Shown here: one piece after another, positions 10,298 to 20,298 of the stretch
How the letters are laid out: the number at the start of each line of letters is the position of its first letter
How positions within the stretch are numbered: position 1 is the first letter of the stretch
Virus record (IMG/VR): IMGVR_UViG_3300036804_000088
Location: 2,487-66,486 of that record
Direction: 5' to 3' (one strand)
DNA: 64,000 nucleotides
Source of the DNA: a virus
The notes under the pieces: generated by a model
What the model saw: only the letters and a program-made list of their open reading frames with translations
Databases searched by the model: none
Told to the model about the DNA's origin: nothing
Translations under genes and position numbers: made by a program

Positions 10298-10974
10298 TGT
10301 TCTACCGGATCAAGGTCGGTGGCCAATGGCGTGAGATCGACTTACGCCCATTAGCGGAAGTCCCCGGCGATGTCATCGCCAACGCGCAGCCGGACGGGCT
10401 GATATGGGACGTATTCGCCTGGGGCATGGTCGATCCCATGCAAATGATGGTGCTGGATCAGACACCGATGCGGCTGATTCGCGGCCTGTGGCATGAGTGG
10501 CAGCAGGACTCGTCGATACAGGTCAACGATATTCGTCAGCTTCTCGACCTGATCGACAAGCACTCCGAAGCACTAGAAGCCGATCTGATCGACAAGGGGC
10601 TGCGGTTACGGGATTGCCCGTCACCGCAGTTCAATTGGCGTGACCTGTGGGTGCTGGTGCGCTATTCGGGCCGCAACAGCAACATCGTCGGCGCGTCGAA
10701 CCCTGATCTGGCCGGCTGGGATAAACAGTCCATGTTGCAGGCTCAGGCTTGCGATGCCCTGAACTGGCTGGTATGGGCGCAGACCGAAGACGCAGCCAAA
10801 GGTAACGACCCGCCGGACCTGATCGTGCGGCCAGGCGTGAAGCCCAAAGAGATCCGGCCCGGCAGCAAAACGAAGCCACGTCCAATATCCGAGATTCGCC
10901 AACTCGCAGGGCTAGACCCGTCCGCCGATGAGATCGAACGCAGCAAAAAGATTGCTGCGGCGTTTAGGAGATAA
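10297..10974 (+). CDS. Tail assembly chaperone, GT-like (G and T domains in one frame)
   Basis: Start MFYRIKV overlaps the tail-tube stop. C-terminal half has ALEADLIDKGLRL...WRDLWVLV and LNWLVWAQTEDA..P..I.RPG, typical of post-frameshift chaperone segments. Confidence 0.75.
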   Translation: MFYRIKVGGQWREIDLRPLAEVPGDVIANAQPDGLIWDVFAWGMVDPMQMMVLDQTPMRLIRGLWHEWQQDSSIQVNDIRQLLDLIDKHSEALEADLIDKGLRLRDCPSPQFNWRDLWVLVRYSGRNSNIVGASNPDLAGWDKQSMLQAQACDALNWLVWAQTEDAAKGNDPPDLIVRPGVKPKEIRPGSKTKPRPISEIRQLAGLDPSADEIERSKKIAAAFRR

Positions 10975-10976
10975 GA

Positions 10977-11276
10977 ATGGCATTCGAATACAAGACGACC
11001 ACCGAAGAGGGCGCAGACGTCATTCTGCGGTTCAAGGCGTATGGGCTCGCGCCTGGCCGTATCTCGCGCCACAACATCGGCAACATGGAAGCCCAAGTTT
11101 GGGCTTACCTCGAATGGGGTTTGGTCGAACCGGCGAACTGGCCCGAAGGCGGCAAGCAGCCCGGCACTGACGTGTTCGACATCATCCCGCAAAACGAGAT
11201 CACCAAATGCTACGCGGAATGGCAGTCCAGCGACGACGACGAACCCGAGAAGCCGAAAGTAGTTCCCGGTAGCTGA
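10977..11276 (+). CDS. Tail assembly chaperone, G-like, standalone
   Basis: AGGAG RBS. VWAYLEWG...FDIIP..EI..Y.EWQ resembles mycobacteriophage G chaperones and the N-terminal half of the upstream gene. Confidence 0.65.
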   Translation: MAFEYKTTTEEGADVILRFKAYGLAPGRISRHNIGNMEAQVWAYLEWGLVEPANWPEGGKQPGTDVFDIIPQNEITKCYAEWQSSDDDEPEKPKVVPGS

Positions 11277-14200
11277 TGACCCACCCGCGCGGCGGCGATG
11301 CTCACGGCGCTGAGCTAGCTACCGGTTACATCGCGCTCACTGTCAAGTACAGCAACGCGATGTCCAAAATTGCCCAAGACTTCGGGCAGCTTCAGCGCGA
11401 AGCCACCGTTGCGGGGGACCGCGCCGGGGTTGCGTTGGGCAGCGGAATCGGGCGCGGCGCGAGAAGCGGCACCAACGCGGCCAGGGCAGAACTGGCAAGC
11501 CTGCATTCCGAATCGCATGTGTGGGGTGACAGGATCGGCAAGGCGATAGGTTACGCGATAGCGCAGCCAATTGCCCTGCCGTTGCGTGCTGTCCGCGGCA
11601 CCATGCACGAATTAGAGGACAGCGCAAAGAAACTGGGCGGCGCTCTACGGTCGTCGCTGTCGATAGCTGAACCTATCGGGAAGATGGCGGGCGCGGCTGC
11701 CACCATCGGCAGTATCGGGTTCGGTCTAGAAAAAGGCTTCCAGCACCTTGAAGCCGTCGAAGAGGCCGAAGCCAGGATGCAGGCACTCGGGCTGTCCGGT
11801 GAGCAGATCGAAGAGACCATGAAACGCGCCGGGGACGCGATTAGGGGCACCGCCTACGGCATCGTGGACGTCGTCGGGGCCGCGGAAAAACTCGTCACCA
11901 GCGGCATCAAAGACGAAGAGTTGACGCGCACACTCACCGATGTTCGTAACGTGGCATCCCTGACCGGCGGCACCATAGACTCGACTACCGATCTGATGCT
12001 GAAATTCCGCTCCGAATGGAAAGAGGGCGGCTTAGAGCTACGGAAGTTCGCGCAAGAGGGTTTGCCTCAATTGTCGGACTGGCTACAGCAGTTCAAGCAT
12101 GTCGGACCTGAAGCCCTGGCCGATATGTTCAAAAAGGGCCAGGTCACCTACGACGACATTCTCGGGGCCATCGAAGCGCACACCGGCGGTGTCGCGGAGC
12201 GGATGTCGCACACCATCGGCTCTCAAATGCACCTGCTGGGCGTCAACATCGGCAACGTCTTCGACCAGTTGATTAACCCTAGCGGCAAGGGCGGGGATGC
12301 CGGTGGTCGCGCATTAGAGCACCTGAATAACGAACTAGGCAAGGCCGGTTCATTCCTTCAAGCCCATGGGCAACAAATTGAAGGCATCTACCAGAATGTC
12401 GGCCACGCGCTGGACAACACCTGGCATGCGGTCACCAATGTGTGGCACGCTCTCGAAAACACCTGGCACGCAGCAACAAACGTGTGGCACGCGGTCACTA
12501 ACTTTTGGCATGCCTGCGAAAACACCTGGCACGCAATCACCAACATCTGGCACGCATTCGAAAACGTGTGGCATGCGGTATCCAACGTGGGGCATGCTGT
12601 CGAAAACATCCTGCATGCCTTGGGGATTCAGACGACCTATGTCGACAACGTCAAAAAGAGCTGGCACGAACTAGAAGACAGCGTTAAGCGGGTCTGGCAT
12701 GGGGCCGAAGATTTCTGGCATGCCTGCGAAAGCGCTTGGCACATGGCCGAAAACATCGCGCAAGCGTTCGGGCATATTATCGAAAAGCTGCCTGGCTTCA
12801 GCAATTTCCTTAAAGGGCTTCAACACATCAAAGACTTTTTCACCGGCGGCGGGGGCGGCGGCAGTCCTGGTGGACCGAACCCTAACCAGCCCAGCACATG
12901 GCCCACATGGGGCGGCTTCCCCGGCAGCGGCGGGGCTGGTGCGTACCCACCCAACCCCAACCAGCCCAGCACATGGCCGACATGGGCTGGCTTTGCGAGC
13001 GGCGGGTTCGATGTTCACAAGTCGAGTGCCCACATTCAAAGCGCTGTCGCCCCATCGGGGTTGGTGAACTGGGCTGAACCGTCGACCGGCGGTGAAGCCT
13101 ACATTCCTTTGCACCCGTCGAAACGTTCCCGCTCCATGGAGATCTGGAAGCAGACCGGCAACATTCTCATGGGTGGTCGTATGTTCGGCGCGGGTGGTAA
13201 GTCCCGCCCGTGGAAGATGGACAGTGGCGGCATTCTTAGGATGTTGGCTAATATCAATAGCATTGATCAGCCGTGGCATCCTGGGGATAGTGATCTGCAA
13301 AATTTAGTTCCTGATGCTCATGCACCATCAAGTGACTGGTTGCCGCAGTTCACAAAACCCGGCGTCGGCGTTCCTGGCGGGCCTGGACCGGGAATAAATA
13401 CTTCCGGCATACAGGGCGCAATACCAAAATGGCTGTGGGAAATCATCATGCACGGCGGCGCGCATGGCGGTCACCTTAAAGCGCCGGGCTGGTGGGTCGG
13501 TTCGACATGGGGAGCTGATCCCGATCCTGGGCGGACTCATGGACTTGTCCCCGCCTACGATGACGGCGGTATCGGCAACTGGTGGGGCATGACACCGCAA
13601 CAGATGTGGGCCGGAAGCGGAGAAACCGGCAGCGGCAACCTCGCATCCGTGCATTCACTGCTGGGCACCCTGACCGGCGGCACCGGCGGCAAACGCGCAC
13701 CCTACGTCATGGGTGGTTTCAGCCCCAGCGGAATCGACTGCTCCGGTCTGGTCTCCGCGGTCGTCAACACCTACCTGGGTTCCAGCCCGTTCAGCTCACG
13801 CATGAGCACCCCCAGCGAGGGATCATGGCTCAAGCAGCGCGGCCTGGTGATGGGCGACGGCCCACCGGGAACACTGCGGATCGGCTGGTACGACAACGGC
13901 GGCGGCGAGATGGGTCACACCGCGCTCACCCTGCCGGACGGAACCAACGTCGAGTCCACCACCAGCCACGGGATCTCCGGTGTCCGTGTCGGCGCGCTGG
14001 CAGCCGGTGCCAGTAGCAGCCAGTTCACCAATCACGCCTATCTGCCCCTGGCGGGCGCGTTTCCTGGCGGCATGGGCGGCGCTGGCAGTAACAGTCTTTT
14101 CGGCGGCTACGGCGGATCTGGGGTGGGATTCGGGGGTGCCGGCGGCAACCGGCGCAGCGGATTCTCCGCGGGGTTCGGCGGCGCAGGCGGCGGCGACTTC

Positions 14201-15142
14201 AGCGGCGGGACGGGTGGCGGCTTCGGCGGCGGGGTGGACAACTCAACCGGCGTCGACTATGGACCCGGCAGCGGGCGCGGGCGGCGCGGCGGGGGTGTCG
14301 ACCCGAAAAAGGAACGTGACCTTAACGAGAAAATCGACAAGCTACAGCACGAGATCGATGTGCTGGAACAAAAGAAATCCGAATTCACCGCCAAGACAAA
14401 AGAATCCGAGAAGCAGTCCGTCGAGAATGACCTGAACGAGCACAAGCAGAAACTCTCCGATGCTCAGGCCGATCTTCAGGCCATGCAGCAGCAGGGCGCG
14501 GGCGGCGGGATGGGCGGCAGCCCGTTCGGCACAGCCTACGGCGGCACAATGGGCATCCCCGGTGTCGGATTCCCCGATATGGGTCAACTGGGCGACATCG
14601 TCAGCAAGGGGCTGGTGGAATCATTCCTGCCGCCAGGGTTCACGAACCCGTTCGCTACCGACGCTATGCGTATCCCGTCCGTGCTGCTGAGCTTTTTCGG
14701 CGGTCTCGGCCAGAAATATGGCGGACCGCTCGGCGGCAACACTGGGGTTGCATTGACGATGGGTGGCGCTCTGCTGTCCGGCAAGGGCGGCAACATTGTG
14801 AAGGCGCTGGGCGGCTTCGCACAGCAACCCTACGGAAAGATTCAACCAGGTGCACCCAACTACGGGCAGGTACCCGATGATCCGCTGGGCGCTATCAACC
14901 TGCCCGGCAGCGGCGGCGCGGGCGGCGGAATACCGGGCGGGGATTTCCTGAAAAATGCGGGGAACCTGATGATGAACGGAACCGGCGGCGCACCCGGCAG
15001 CTACACCAACGACTTTCGCGGTTCCACCTTCGGCAACAAAGACGACGTCCAAAAAGTGGTCACCGATCACGGGCTGGCATATTCCCGCGCCAAGGGACCG
15101 GGCGCGAGTATCGACATTCACACGAGTCCTAGCGGGAACTGA
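11276..15142 (+). CDS. Tape measure protein with C-terminal NlpC/P60-like peptidase domain
   Basis: ELATGYI N-terminus; tape-measure domain; Trp repeats; WAEPSTGGEAYIPL motif; GIDCSGLVSA...GHTA catalytic motif. Confidence 0.9.
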   Translation: MTHPRGGDAHGAELATGYIALTVKYSNAMSKIAQDFGQLQREATVAGDRAGVALGSGIGRGARSGTNAARAELASLHSESHVWGDRIGKAIGYAIAQPIALPLRAVRGTMHELEDSAKKLGGALRSSLSIAEPIGKMAGAAATIGSIGFGLEKGFQHLEAVEEAEARMQALGLSGEQIEETMKRAGDAIRGTAYGIVDVVGAAEKLVTSGIKDEELTRTLTDVRNVASLTGGTIDSTTDLMLKFRSEWKEGGLELRKFAQEGLPQLSDWLQQFKHVGPEALADMFKKGQVTYDDILGAIEAHTGGVAERMSHTIGSQMHLLGVNIGNVFDQLINPSGKGGDAGGRALEHLNNELGKAGSFLQAHGQQIEGIYQNVGHALDNTWHAVTNVWHALENTWHAATNVWHAVTNFWHACENTWHAITNIWHAFENVWHAVSNVGHAVENILHALGIQTTYVDNVKKSWHELEDSVKRVWHGAEDFWHACESAWHMAENIAQAFGHIIEKLPGFSNFLKGLQHIKDFFTGGGGGGSPGGPNPNQPSTWPTWGGFPGSGGAGAYPPNPNQPSTWPTWAGFASGGFDVHKSSAHIQSAVAPSGLVNWAEPSTGGEAYIPLHPSKRSRSMEIWKQTGNILMGGRMFGAGGKSRPWKMDSGGILRMLANINSIDQPWHPGDSDLQNLVPDAHAPSSDWLPQFTKPGVGVPGGPGPGINTSGIQGAIPKWLWEIIMHGGAHGGHLKAPGWWVGSTWGADPDPGRTHGLVPAYDDGGIGNWWGMTPQQMWAGSGETGSGNLASVHSLLGTLTGGTGGKRAPYVMGGFSPSGIDCSGLVSAVVNTYLGSSPFSSRMSTPSEGSWLKQRGLVMGDGPPGTLRIGWYDNGGGEMGHTALTLPDGTNVESTTSHGISGVRVGALAAGASSSQFTNHAYLPLAGAFPGGMGGAGSNSLFGGYGGSGVGFGGAGGNRRSGFSAGFGGAGGGDFSGGTGGGFGGGVDNSTGVDYGPGSGRGRRGGGVDPKKERDLNEKIDKLQHEIDVLEQKKSEFTAKTKESEKQSVENDLNEHKQKLSDAQADLQAMQQQGAGGGMGGSPFGTAYGGTMGIPGVGFPDMGQLGDIVSKGLVESFLPPGFTNPFATDAMRIPSVLLSFFGGLGQKYGGPLGGNTGVALTMGGALLSGKGGNIVKALGGFAQQPYGKIQPGAPNYGQVPDDPLGAINLPGSGGAGGGIPGGDFLKNAGNLMMNGTGGAPGSYTNDFRGSTFGNKDDVQKVVTDHGLAYSRAKGPGASIDIHTSPSGN
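12395..12625 (+). repeat. 11 x 21-bp (7-aa, NxWHAxx) tandem repeat within the tape measure gene
   Basis: NVGHALD NTWHAVT NVWHALE NTWHAAT NVWHAVT NFWHACE NTWHAIT NIWHAFE NVWHAVS NVGHAVE NILHALG. Confidence 0.9.
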
Positions 15143-16620
15143 TGCCAACCGCGGCAGCGAATCTGAGCGGCCACGGCGCACTCACCGCCACCGGCGAGAT
15201 ATACAAAGTCGGCTTCTGGAACTTCGTCACCTGGGAAACCCACCACAAGCACGGTCCGCCGCCGGCGTCCTACCATGTGTTCTCTTCGGTCAGCGGCCAG
15301 GGCACACTGTCGGCAGCCAAAGTCGTCCCGAAGATAGCCGGTCCCGCCGCCGGGCACGGCCAACTTACGATGGCGCTGAACTTTCAGCTTCAGCATTCCA
15401 CCCCGCAGCCGCGAAGCGTGGCATGGCTGGTCGACGCCAACCACACCACGCGCGGAAACACCAGCGGCACCGGGCTGCTCACCGCGACAGCGGTTGCTAC
15501 GGCGTGGGAATTGCCCACCGGCTCACCACCCTTGCCACAGTTGCCGACGACGATCTTCGAACGACTGGACACCCGCTGGCAGAACCTTGACACGAAAATC
15601 GTGTGGATCGGTGTCGACGGAAGTTTCTGGAATCTGAACGGAAACTACGCCGGGCAAGAGGGTTTGACCATGGCACCCCACATGAGTGGGTTTATGCACA
15701 CCCCGTTCGCGTCGATCTTCTCCGAAGGTCCGTACCAGATCGGCGGCTTCTACGAGAGAACCGACTATAAGAAACGCGAAATCAACTTCGGTGTCATGGT
15801 GGGGATCGACTACGGTCCCGACACGACGAGCTGGAAATACCGGATGCTGGAACAGGCGTGGTGGCGTTCCTGGTCGGTCAGCCAGGAGGGTTATCTGTGC
15901 TGCTACACCCGCACGCACGGCTGGCGGTTCCTGCGCATGCGGCTCGGTGAGCATCCCAAGACGCCAATCGAGCTGGACCCCACCGCTTTCGGGAACAACT
16001 TCATGCAGTGGGATGTGATAGCCGTTGCCACGCAGCCGTTCTGGAACAAAAAAGCTATCACCGCCAGTTGGACGAATGACCCGTTTACGGCAACACCGAT
16101 CAACACTGTGGTCAACCAGTTCCAAGCCCTAGTGAATCCGTTTCTAGGCGGGCTGCTGAAGGGTCAGGGCGGGGCACTGCTGCCGGGCCGCGACGTCGGC
16201 AAGCACACGTTCAACCTGTTCAATAACGGCGACTTCCCGGCATCCCCGAAGTTCCTGGTATCAACCCCTGGTGTCGCCTGGATTCAGGACGGCCCCGGCG
16301 GAAACATGCTGGAACTTCCCACCGTCAAAACAAACATCGGGTCATACCTGGTCGACACCGACCCGAATAACCGGGTGATCACCGCACCCACAGATCCGAA
16401 CGACCTGCTGCTATTTCAACGTAACTCTGTGACCGGGCTGACCGATCTGCTGCTGAATCCGACGATCAACAAAAACCAGCCGCTCTGGAAACAGTTCAAA
16501 CAGTTCTTTACCACAGCGATGCCGCCGCACGCGCAGTCGGCCATCGAAGTCTTCCACTCTGATCCGACCGGCACGATAACCATGTTCGTGCCGCAGCAGT
16601 ACGATAAGGCGTATGGGTGA
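15142..16620 (+). CDS. Minor tail protein (distal tail-like) with N-terminal GxG-repeat extension
   Basis: IVWIGVDGSFWNLNG..AGQEG, RTDYKKREI and TRTHGWR motifs; follows the tape measure gene. Confidence 0.8.
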   Translation: MPTAAANLSGHGALTATGEIYKVGFWNFVTWETHHKHGPPPASYHVFSSVSGQGTLSAAKVVPKIAGPAAGHGQLTMALNFQLQHSTPQPRSVAWLVDANHTTRGNTSGTGLLTATAVATAWELPTGSPPLPQLPTTIFERLDTRWQNLDTKIVWIGVDGSFWNLNGNYAGQEGLTMAPHMSGFMHTPFASIFSEGPYQIGGFYERTDYKKREINFGVMVGIDYGPDTTSWKYRMLEQAWWRSWSVSQEGYLCCYTRTHGWRFLRMRLGEHPKTPIELDPTAFGNNFMQWDVIAVATQPFWNKKAITASWTNDPFTATPINTVVNQFQALVNPFLGGLLKGQGGALLPGRDVGKHTFNLFNNGDFPASPKFLVSTPGVAWIQDGPGGNMLELPTVKTNIGSYLVDTDPNNRVITAPTDPNDLLLFQRNSVTGLTDLLLNPTINKNQPLWKQFKQFFTTAMPPHAQSAIEVFHSDPTGTITMFVPQQYDKAYG

Positions 16621-18539
16621 CAACGGCTTTCGCGCCGACATCCCCACCAACATCTAACGTTACCTGGGCACCGGTCAGTGCCGCACCCTACGCCGACCCG
16701 GTCAACAATCCCTACTCGGCGTTCCAATACCTGGACGGCTACCGGCAACTGCTGCTGCAATCCGCGCACCAGCGCCCGATGTGCCGTCTATGGGATCAGA
16801 ACCATGACTTGGTCGGCCAGATAGCGCAAGAGGTCTCAGTAGAAGCCGAGGAGATCTACTGCGACACAGGATCGGCCACCGTTCAGATACGGCGCGACAA
16901 CTGGTTGTCGGATCAAATCCTGTTCAACCGCATGCCGATTCAGGATTTGCACCTGACGATTGATCCTATGCCCACTATGCGCTCCTGGCGGACGCGCTGG
17001 GGCGGCAAGATTACCGGCGTCACGGCCAAGCGTGACTCGCAGGGGTTGCACACCATTGAACTGTCCGCGGTGCATAACCGTGAGCATCTGAAACATGTTC
17101 TGGCAGGGGCGAATCCGATATTTCCGCCGGAACTTCAGATACCGAAGATGTGGATCTTCCCGTGGAATTGCCGTACAGCACTTAGCATTTCGTTGTGGAT
17201 CAACCTGGCGCGACAGTTCGAACCGTTCCTTGAAATCCCGACGAACATCTTCAACCCGACATCGTTTCTGGGACTTGATCTTTCGAACATAAATCCCTTG
17301 GCGTGGCCTATACAGGTGCAGTACCTCAACCCATACTTCGACCAGTCCCGCTTCGAAGTGTTCGCGGCGAGATGGCAAGACTTTCACACGGTTTCAGGCC
17401 CGCTACTAGAAGATGCAGGGTGCATCTGGCGGGCATACACGTTTCTGAAGGGCGAAGACGACGAGTCACCGCACCCTGAACTGATAGACCATATAAACAG
17501 TACCGGGCTGGGCACTCTCGGCTTGGGTGGTCTGACGCAATCCGCCACCAGCGCGACTATTTCCGGCACTGTTACCTCTAATCTGGGGATGCCGACACGC
17601 TCCTGCGTAGTGCTGGCATGTGAGGACCACTCGGGAGTGACAGGCCCGCTCGGGAATTTCACTACAGGATTCCTTGACGCCATCGCCGTGACAGCCGACG
17701 ACCTGACCACTAACCTGATCATGCCGCAGTTCGCCGAGAACGGAAGCCTTTACACGGAAGGACCGGCAGCCGAAGGGCCGCTCGTGTCGGCCACGCCTCA
17801 TCAGATAGCGAATGCTTTCGGGTTGGCACCGGCACCGCCGACCGTTGTATTCCAAGACGGCGAGTACAGCGGCATCGTGGAATCCAACCATATGATCAAC
17901 GGCACAACCGCCAAAACCATTATGACAGGCGGAAAGTCGCCTGGTTGGATAAACGATCTAATTACTTTTGGGATCAAGTACGGGCTCAGCCAACTGTCCG
18001 ACGTCATCGAATTCGCCTACGTCGGCGGTCTCGCTGTAGGGGAGGGCGCGGTTCAGGCAACCGGCACACCGGGCTTGGACGAGCTGTACCAGGGCGAACT
18101 CGATGACACCGTGGCGGCGTATCAACGCTTTTCGGACCCGGCGCGTGAAATCTGGACCGGTGACATGGGGTTCCTTGAGGAATTCCAGCAGGGCACCGGG
18201 ACCGCCTACACCATCTCCGGTATTCTGAGTTTACGTGCGGGACAATGGAAGACGCGCCCGTTCACCAACTACAAGACAACGGTCCGCAACGCGGCACCGT
18301 GGATCTACGGGATAGATTTCACCCTGGGAGACCGCGTCGGCTTCGCGATGGACAACCTGATCTACTGCGACATGGTGGCCGCTGCGAAATACAAGTGGAA
18401 CATAAATGAGCCGGTTAACTATTCGATATCCATCGGCACCGACTACCACCTGATAGACCCGGTGTCCAAGGCAATGATCGCCATCGCCGGTATATGGAAC
18501 CTCTTCGGCATGATGGCGGGATCGGGACAGTTGTTCTAA
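16617..18539 (+). CDS. Minor tail protein (baseplate hub-like)
   Basis: RLWDQN, WRTRWGG, NPIFPPELQ.PK and MTGGKSPGW motifs typical of mycobacteriophage hub proteins. Confidence 0.8.
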   Translation: MTTAFAPTSPPTSNVTWAPVSAAPYADPVNNPYSAFQYLDGYRQLLLQSAHQRPMCRLWDQNHDLVGQIAQEVSVEAEEIYCDTGSATVQIRRDNWLSDQILFNRMPIQDLHLTIDPMPTMRSWRTRWGGKITGVTAKRDSQGLHTIELSAVHNREHLKHVLAGANPIFPPELQIPKMWIFPWNCRTALSISLWINLARQFEPFLEIPTNIFNPTSFLGLDLSNINPLAWPIQVQYLNPYFDQSRFEVFAARWQDFHTVSGPLLEDAGCIWRAYTFLKGEDDESPHPELIDHINSTGLGTLGLGGLTQSATSATISGTVTSNLGMPTRSCVVLACEDHSGVTGPLGNFTTGFLDAIAVTADDLTTNLIMPQFAENGSLYTEGPAAEGPLVSATPHQIANAFGLAPAPPTVVFQDGEYSGIVESNHMINGTTAKTIMTGGKSPGWINDLITFGIKYGLSQLSDVIEFAYVGGLAVGEGAVQATGTPGLDELYQGELDDTVAAYQRFSDPAREIWTGDMGFLEEFQQGTGTAYTISGILSLRAGQWKTRPFTNYKTTVRNAAPWIYGIDFTLGDRVGFAMDNLIYCDMVAAAKYKWNINEPVNYSISIGTDYHLIDPVSKAMIAIAGIWNLFGMMAGSGQLF

Positions 18540-19075
18540 TGGACGAAGATTCACGCAAACCGCTGGCGAATCTGTACGCCAACATCGAACAGCGCAGGCA
18601 GGCAACGCAAGCGGCTAAAGAGGCTGAGATCGAATTCAACCTTGCCGCGGCATGCCTCATCGGTGACATGAGATACCCAATCTCCAAAGACGGCTCAGTG
18701 CTGGACCTTACCTATTTCGCGCCACTCATCGCGTGGCATCTCGCCCGCTGCGGCTGGCGCTGCGACCAGAGCAAACGGAAGATCAAACCCCGCCCCATCA
18801 CCGCGCGCGGCGTGGTCGAGGGAGCCGTCGAATGGGTGCCCGCCAGCGCGCCGGACGACCCACTGGAAAACCTCGCTGACATGACCATGGCGCAGATTAA
18901 AAAACTGCCGCCGATGCAACGCGCCGAAGCGCTACGCAGAATGGGCGGACCCGAGACACCTGATCTGCCAACGAACACCGGCTGGCACGTGACCGCCAAC
19001 CTGAAGATCGAAGACGCACCAGACCCCGACGACGGATTGTCGTGGACCGGTCGCAGAGATGGGGCACAACGATGA
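18539..19075 (+). CDS. Conserved tail-region protein (DUF2744-like)
   Basis: Start MDEDSR overlaps the upstream stop. WHLARCGWR, VEWVP..APDDP and MT..QI..LP motifs. Confidence 0.65.
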   Translation: MDEDSRKPLANLYANIEQRRQATQAAKEAEIEFNLAAACLIGDMRYPISKDGSVLDLTYFAPLIAWHLARCGWRCDQSKRKIKPRPITARGVVEGAVEWVPASAPDDPLENLADMTMAQIKKLPPMQRAEALRRMGGPETPDLPTNTGWHVTANLKIEDAPDPDDGLSWTGRRDGAQR

Positions 19076-20298
19076 GCGCGCCAGTTCTGGGTGACAGCGT
19101 ATTTCTGGGCAGCATGCTTTCCGTACTCGAATTCTGGGGTGTCATAGGCGACGGCCAGGCACCCCCGATGATCAACGGCAGCTTCGAACTGTCCGGCACA
19201 GACGGCGGCGTGGCCCTGGACGCGATAGAGGGACCGCAGGGACCGCCCGGCGCACCCGCCGACATCGTCAAAATGCAATTCCAAAACAACTTCACCAGCC
19301 CCGCCGACCTGCCCGAAAACCTCGAAAACGTGGACATCGACATCGGAAAAGCCTGGTGGATAGGCAATGTCGTCTACGTCTGGTCAGGCACCAACTTTTT
19401 CCAAAAGCAAATGGGTGTGCCCGGCCCTCCCGGTCCGACACCCCAAATCGTCTGCCAAGCAGACCTTATCCCGTCCGGCGAGCCCACCAGCCTGACACTG
19501 CCGATTGAGGTTAAACAGTTCGGCACACCACTGAACCCGTCGCTGCTGTTCCAGTTCGATCAGGACAGCATCACCGGACCAGCGGGACCAACTGGGCCGA
19601 TCCGCGGCGCTACCGACTACGACAACACGGTGGCACCCGACAACGGCGCGGCCATCCTGTGGAACGCGGCGCTACAACTGTGGGCACCGGGCACATTCGA
19701 CCTGTTATCGCTTCCGGTCTATTCCATACCGGAACAGGGATTCACGTCGGTGATCAAGCTAGCCGGCGGCGTTCAGGAGGTCGCGACTTTTGCGGTACCG
19801 CCGCAGCCGTTCGATTGGATGCCGCTAGTACTGGGGAACATCGCCGCAGTCGGCGGAAACCAGGGCGGAATACTGGGCGACATCGTCCAGTTTTTCGAGG
19901 ATCTTTTCGGCTTCGCCGGAACCAACAAAGCGGCCAACGCCGGTGCCACAGTCACATTGGGTGACCCGATCACCGGGCAGGTTGTCGGGCGCGGCTTCGG
20001 CAACACCAGTAACTATGCGTTCATCCTGCCGCACTTCTCGACACCTAGCACCCCCAGTGTCAGTGTCAGCCCCACCAGCAGCACCGCCGTTGTTCCCGCC
20101 TACCACACCGGAAGCCAGGGCACGCTGTTCGTGACGGTCCACAACGAACAGGGCTTGTTCAACGGCTTCCATTTCGAATCCCAGAACGCGCAACTGGTGA
20201 TCGTCTGCATTCCCACATCCGACTTCATTCCCCCACAAGGGCCGGGCAAGATCCTGTCCGGCAAGGGCAGGCTGTCAGCGCTGGCGGTGTCGGTGTGA
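19072..20298 (+). CDS. Minor tail protein, paralog 1
   Basis: GP.GPPG stretches, DIGKAWWIGN, VPPQPFDW.P and PHFSTP motifs. Confidence 0.75.
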   Translation: MSAPVLGDSVFLGSMLSVLEFWGVIGDGQAPPMINGSFELSGTDGGVALDAIEGPQGPPGAPADIVKMQFQNNFTSPADLPENLENVDIDIGKAWWIGNVVYVWSGTNFFQKQMGVPGPPGPTPQIVCQADLIPSGEPTSLTLPIEVKQFGTPLNPSLLFQFDQDSITGPAGPTGPIRGATDYDNTVAPDNGAAILWNAALQLWAPGTFDLLSLPVYSIPEQGFTSVIKLAGGVQEVATFAVPPQPFDWMPLVLGNIAAVGGNQGGILGDIVQFFEDLFGFAGTNKAANAGATVTLGDPITGQVVGRGFGNTSNYAFILPHFSTPSTPSVSVSPTSSTAVVPAYHTGSQGTLFVTVHNEQGLFNGFHFESQNAQLVIVCIPTSDFIPPQGPGKILSGKGRLSALAVSV

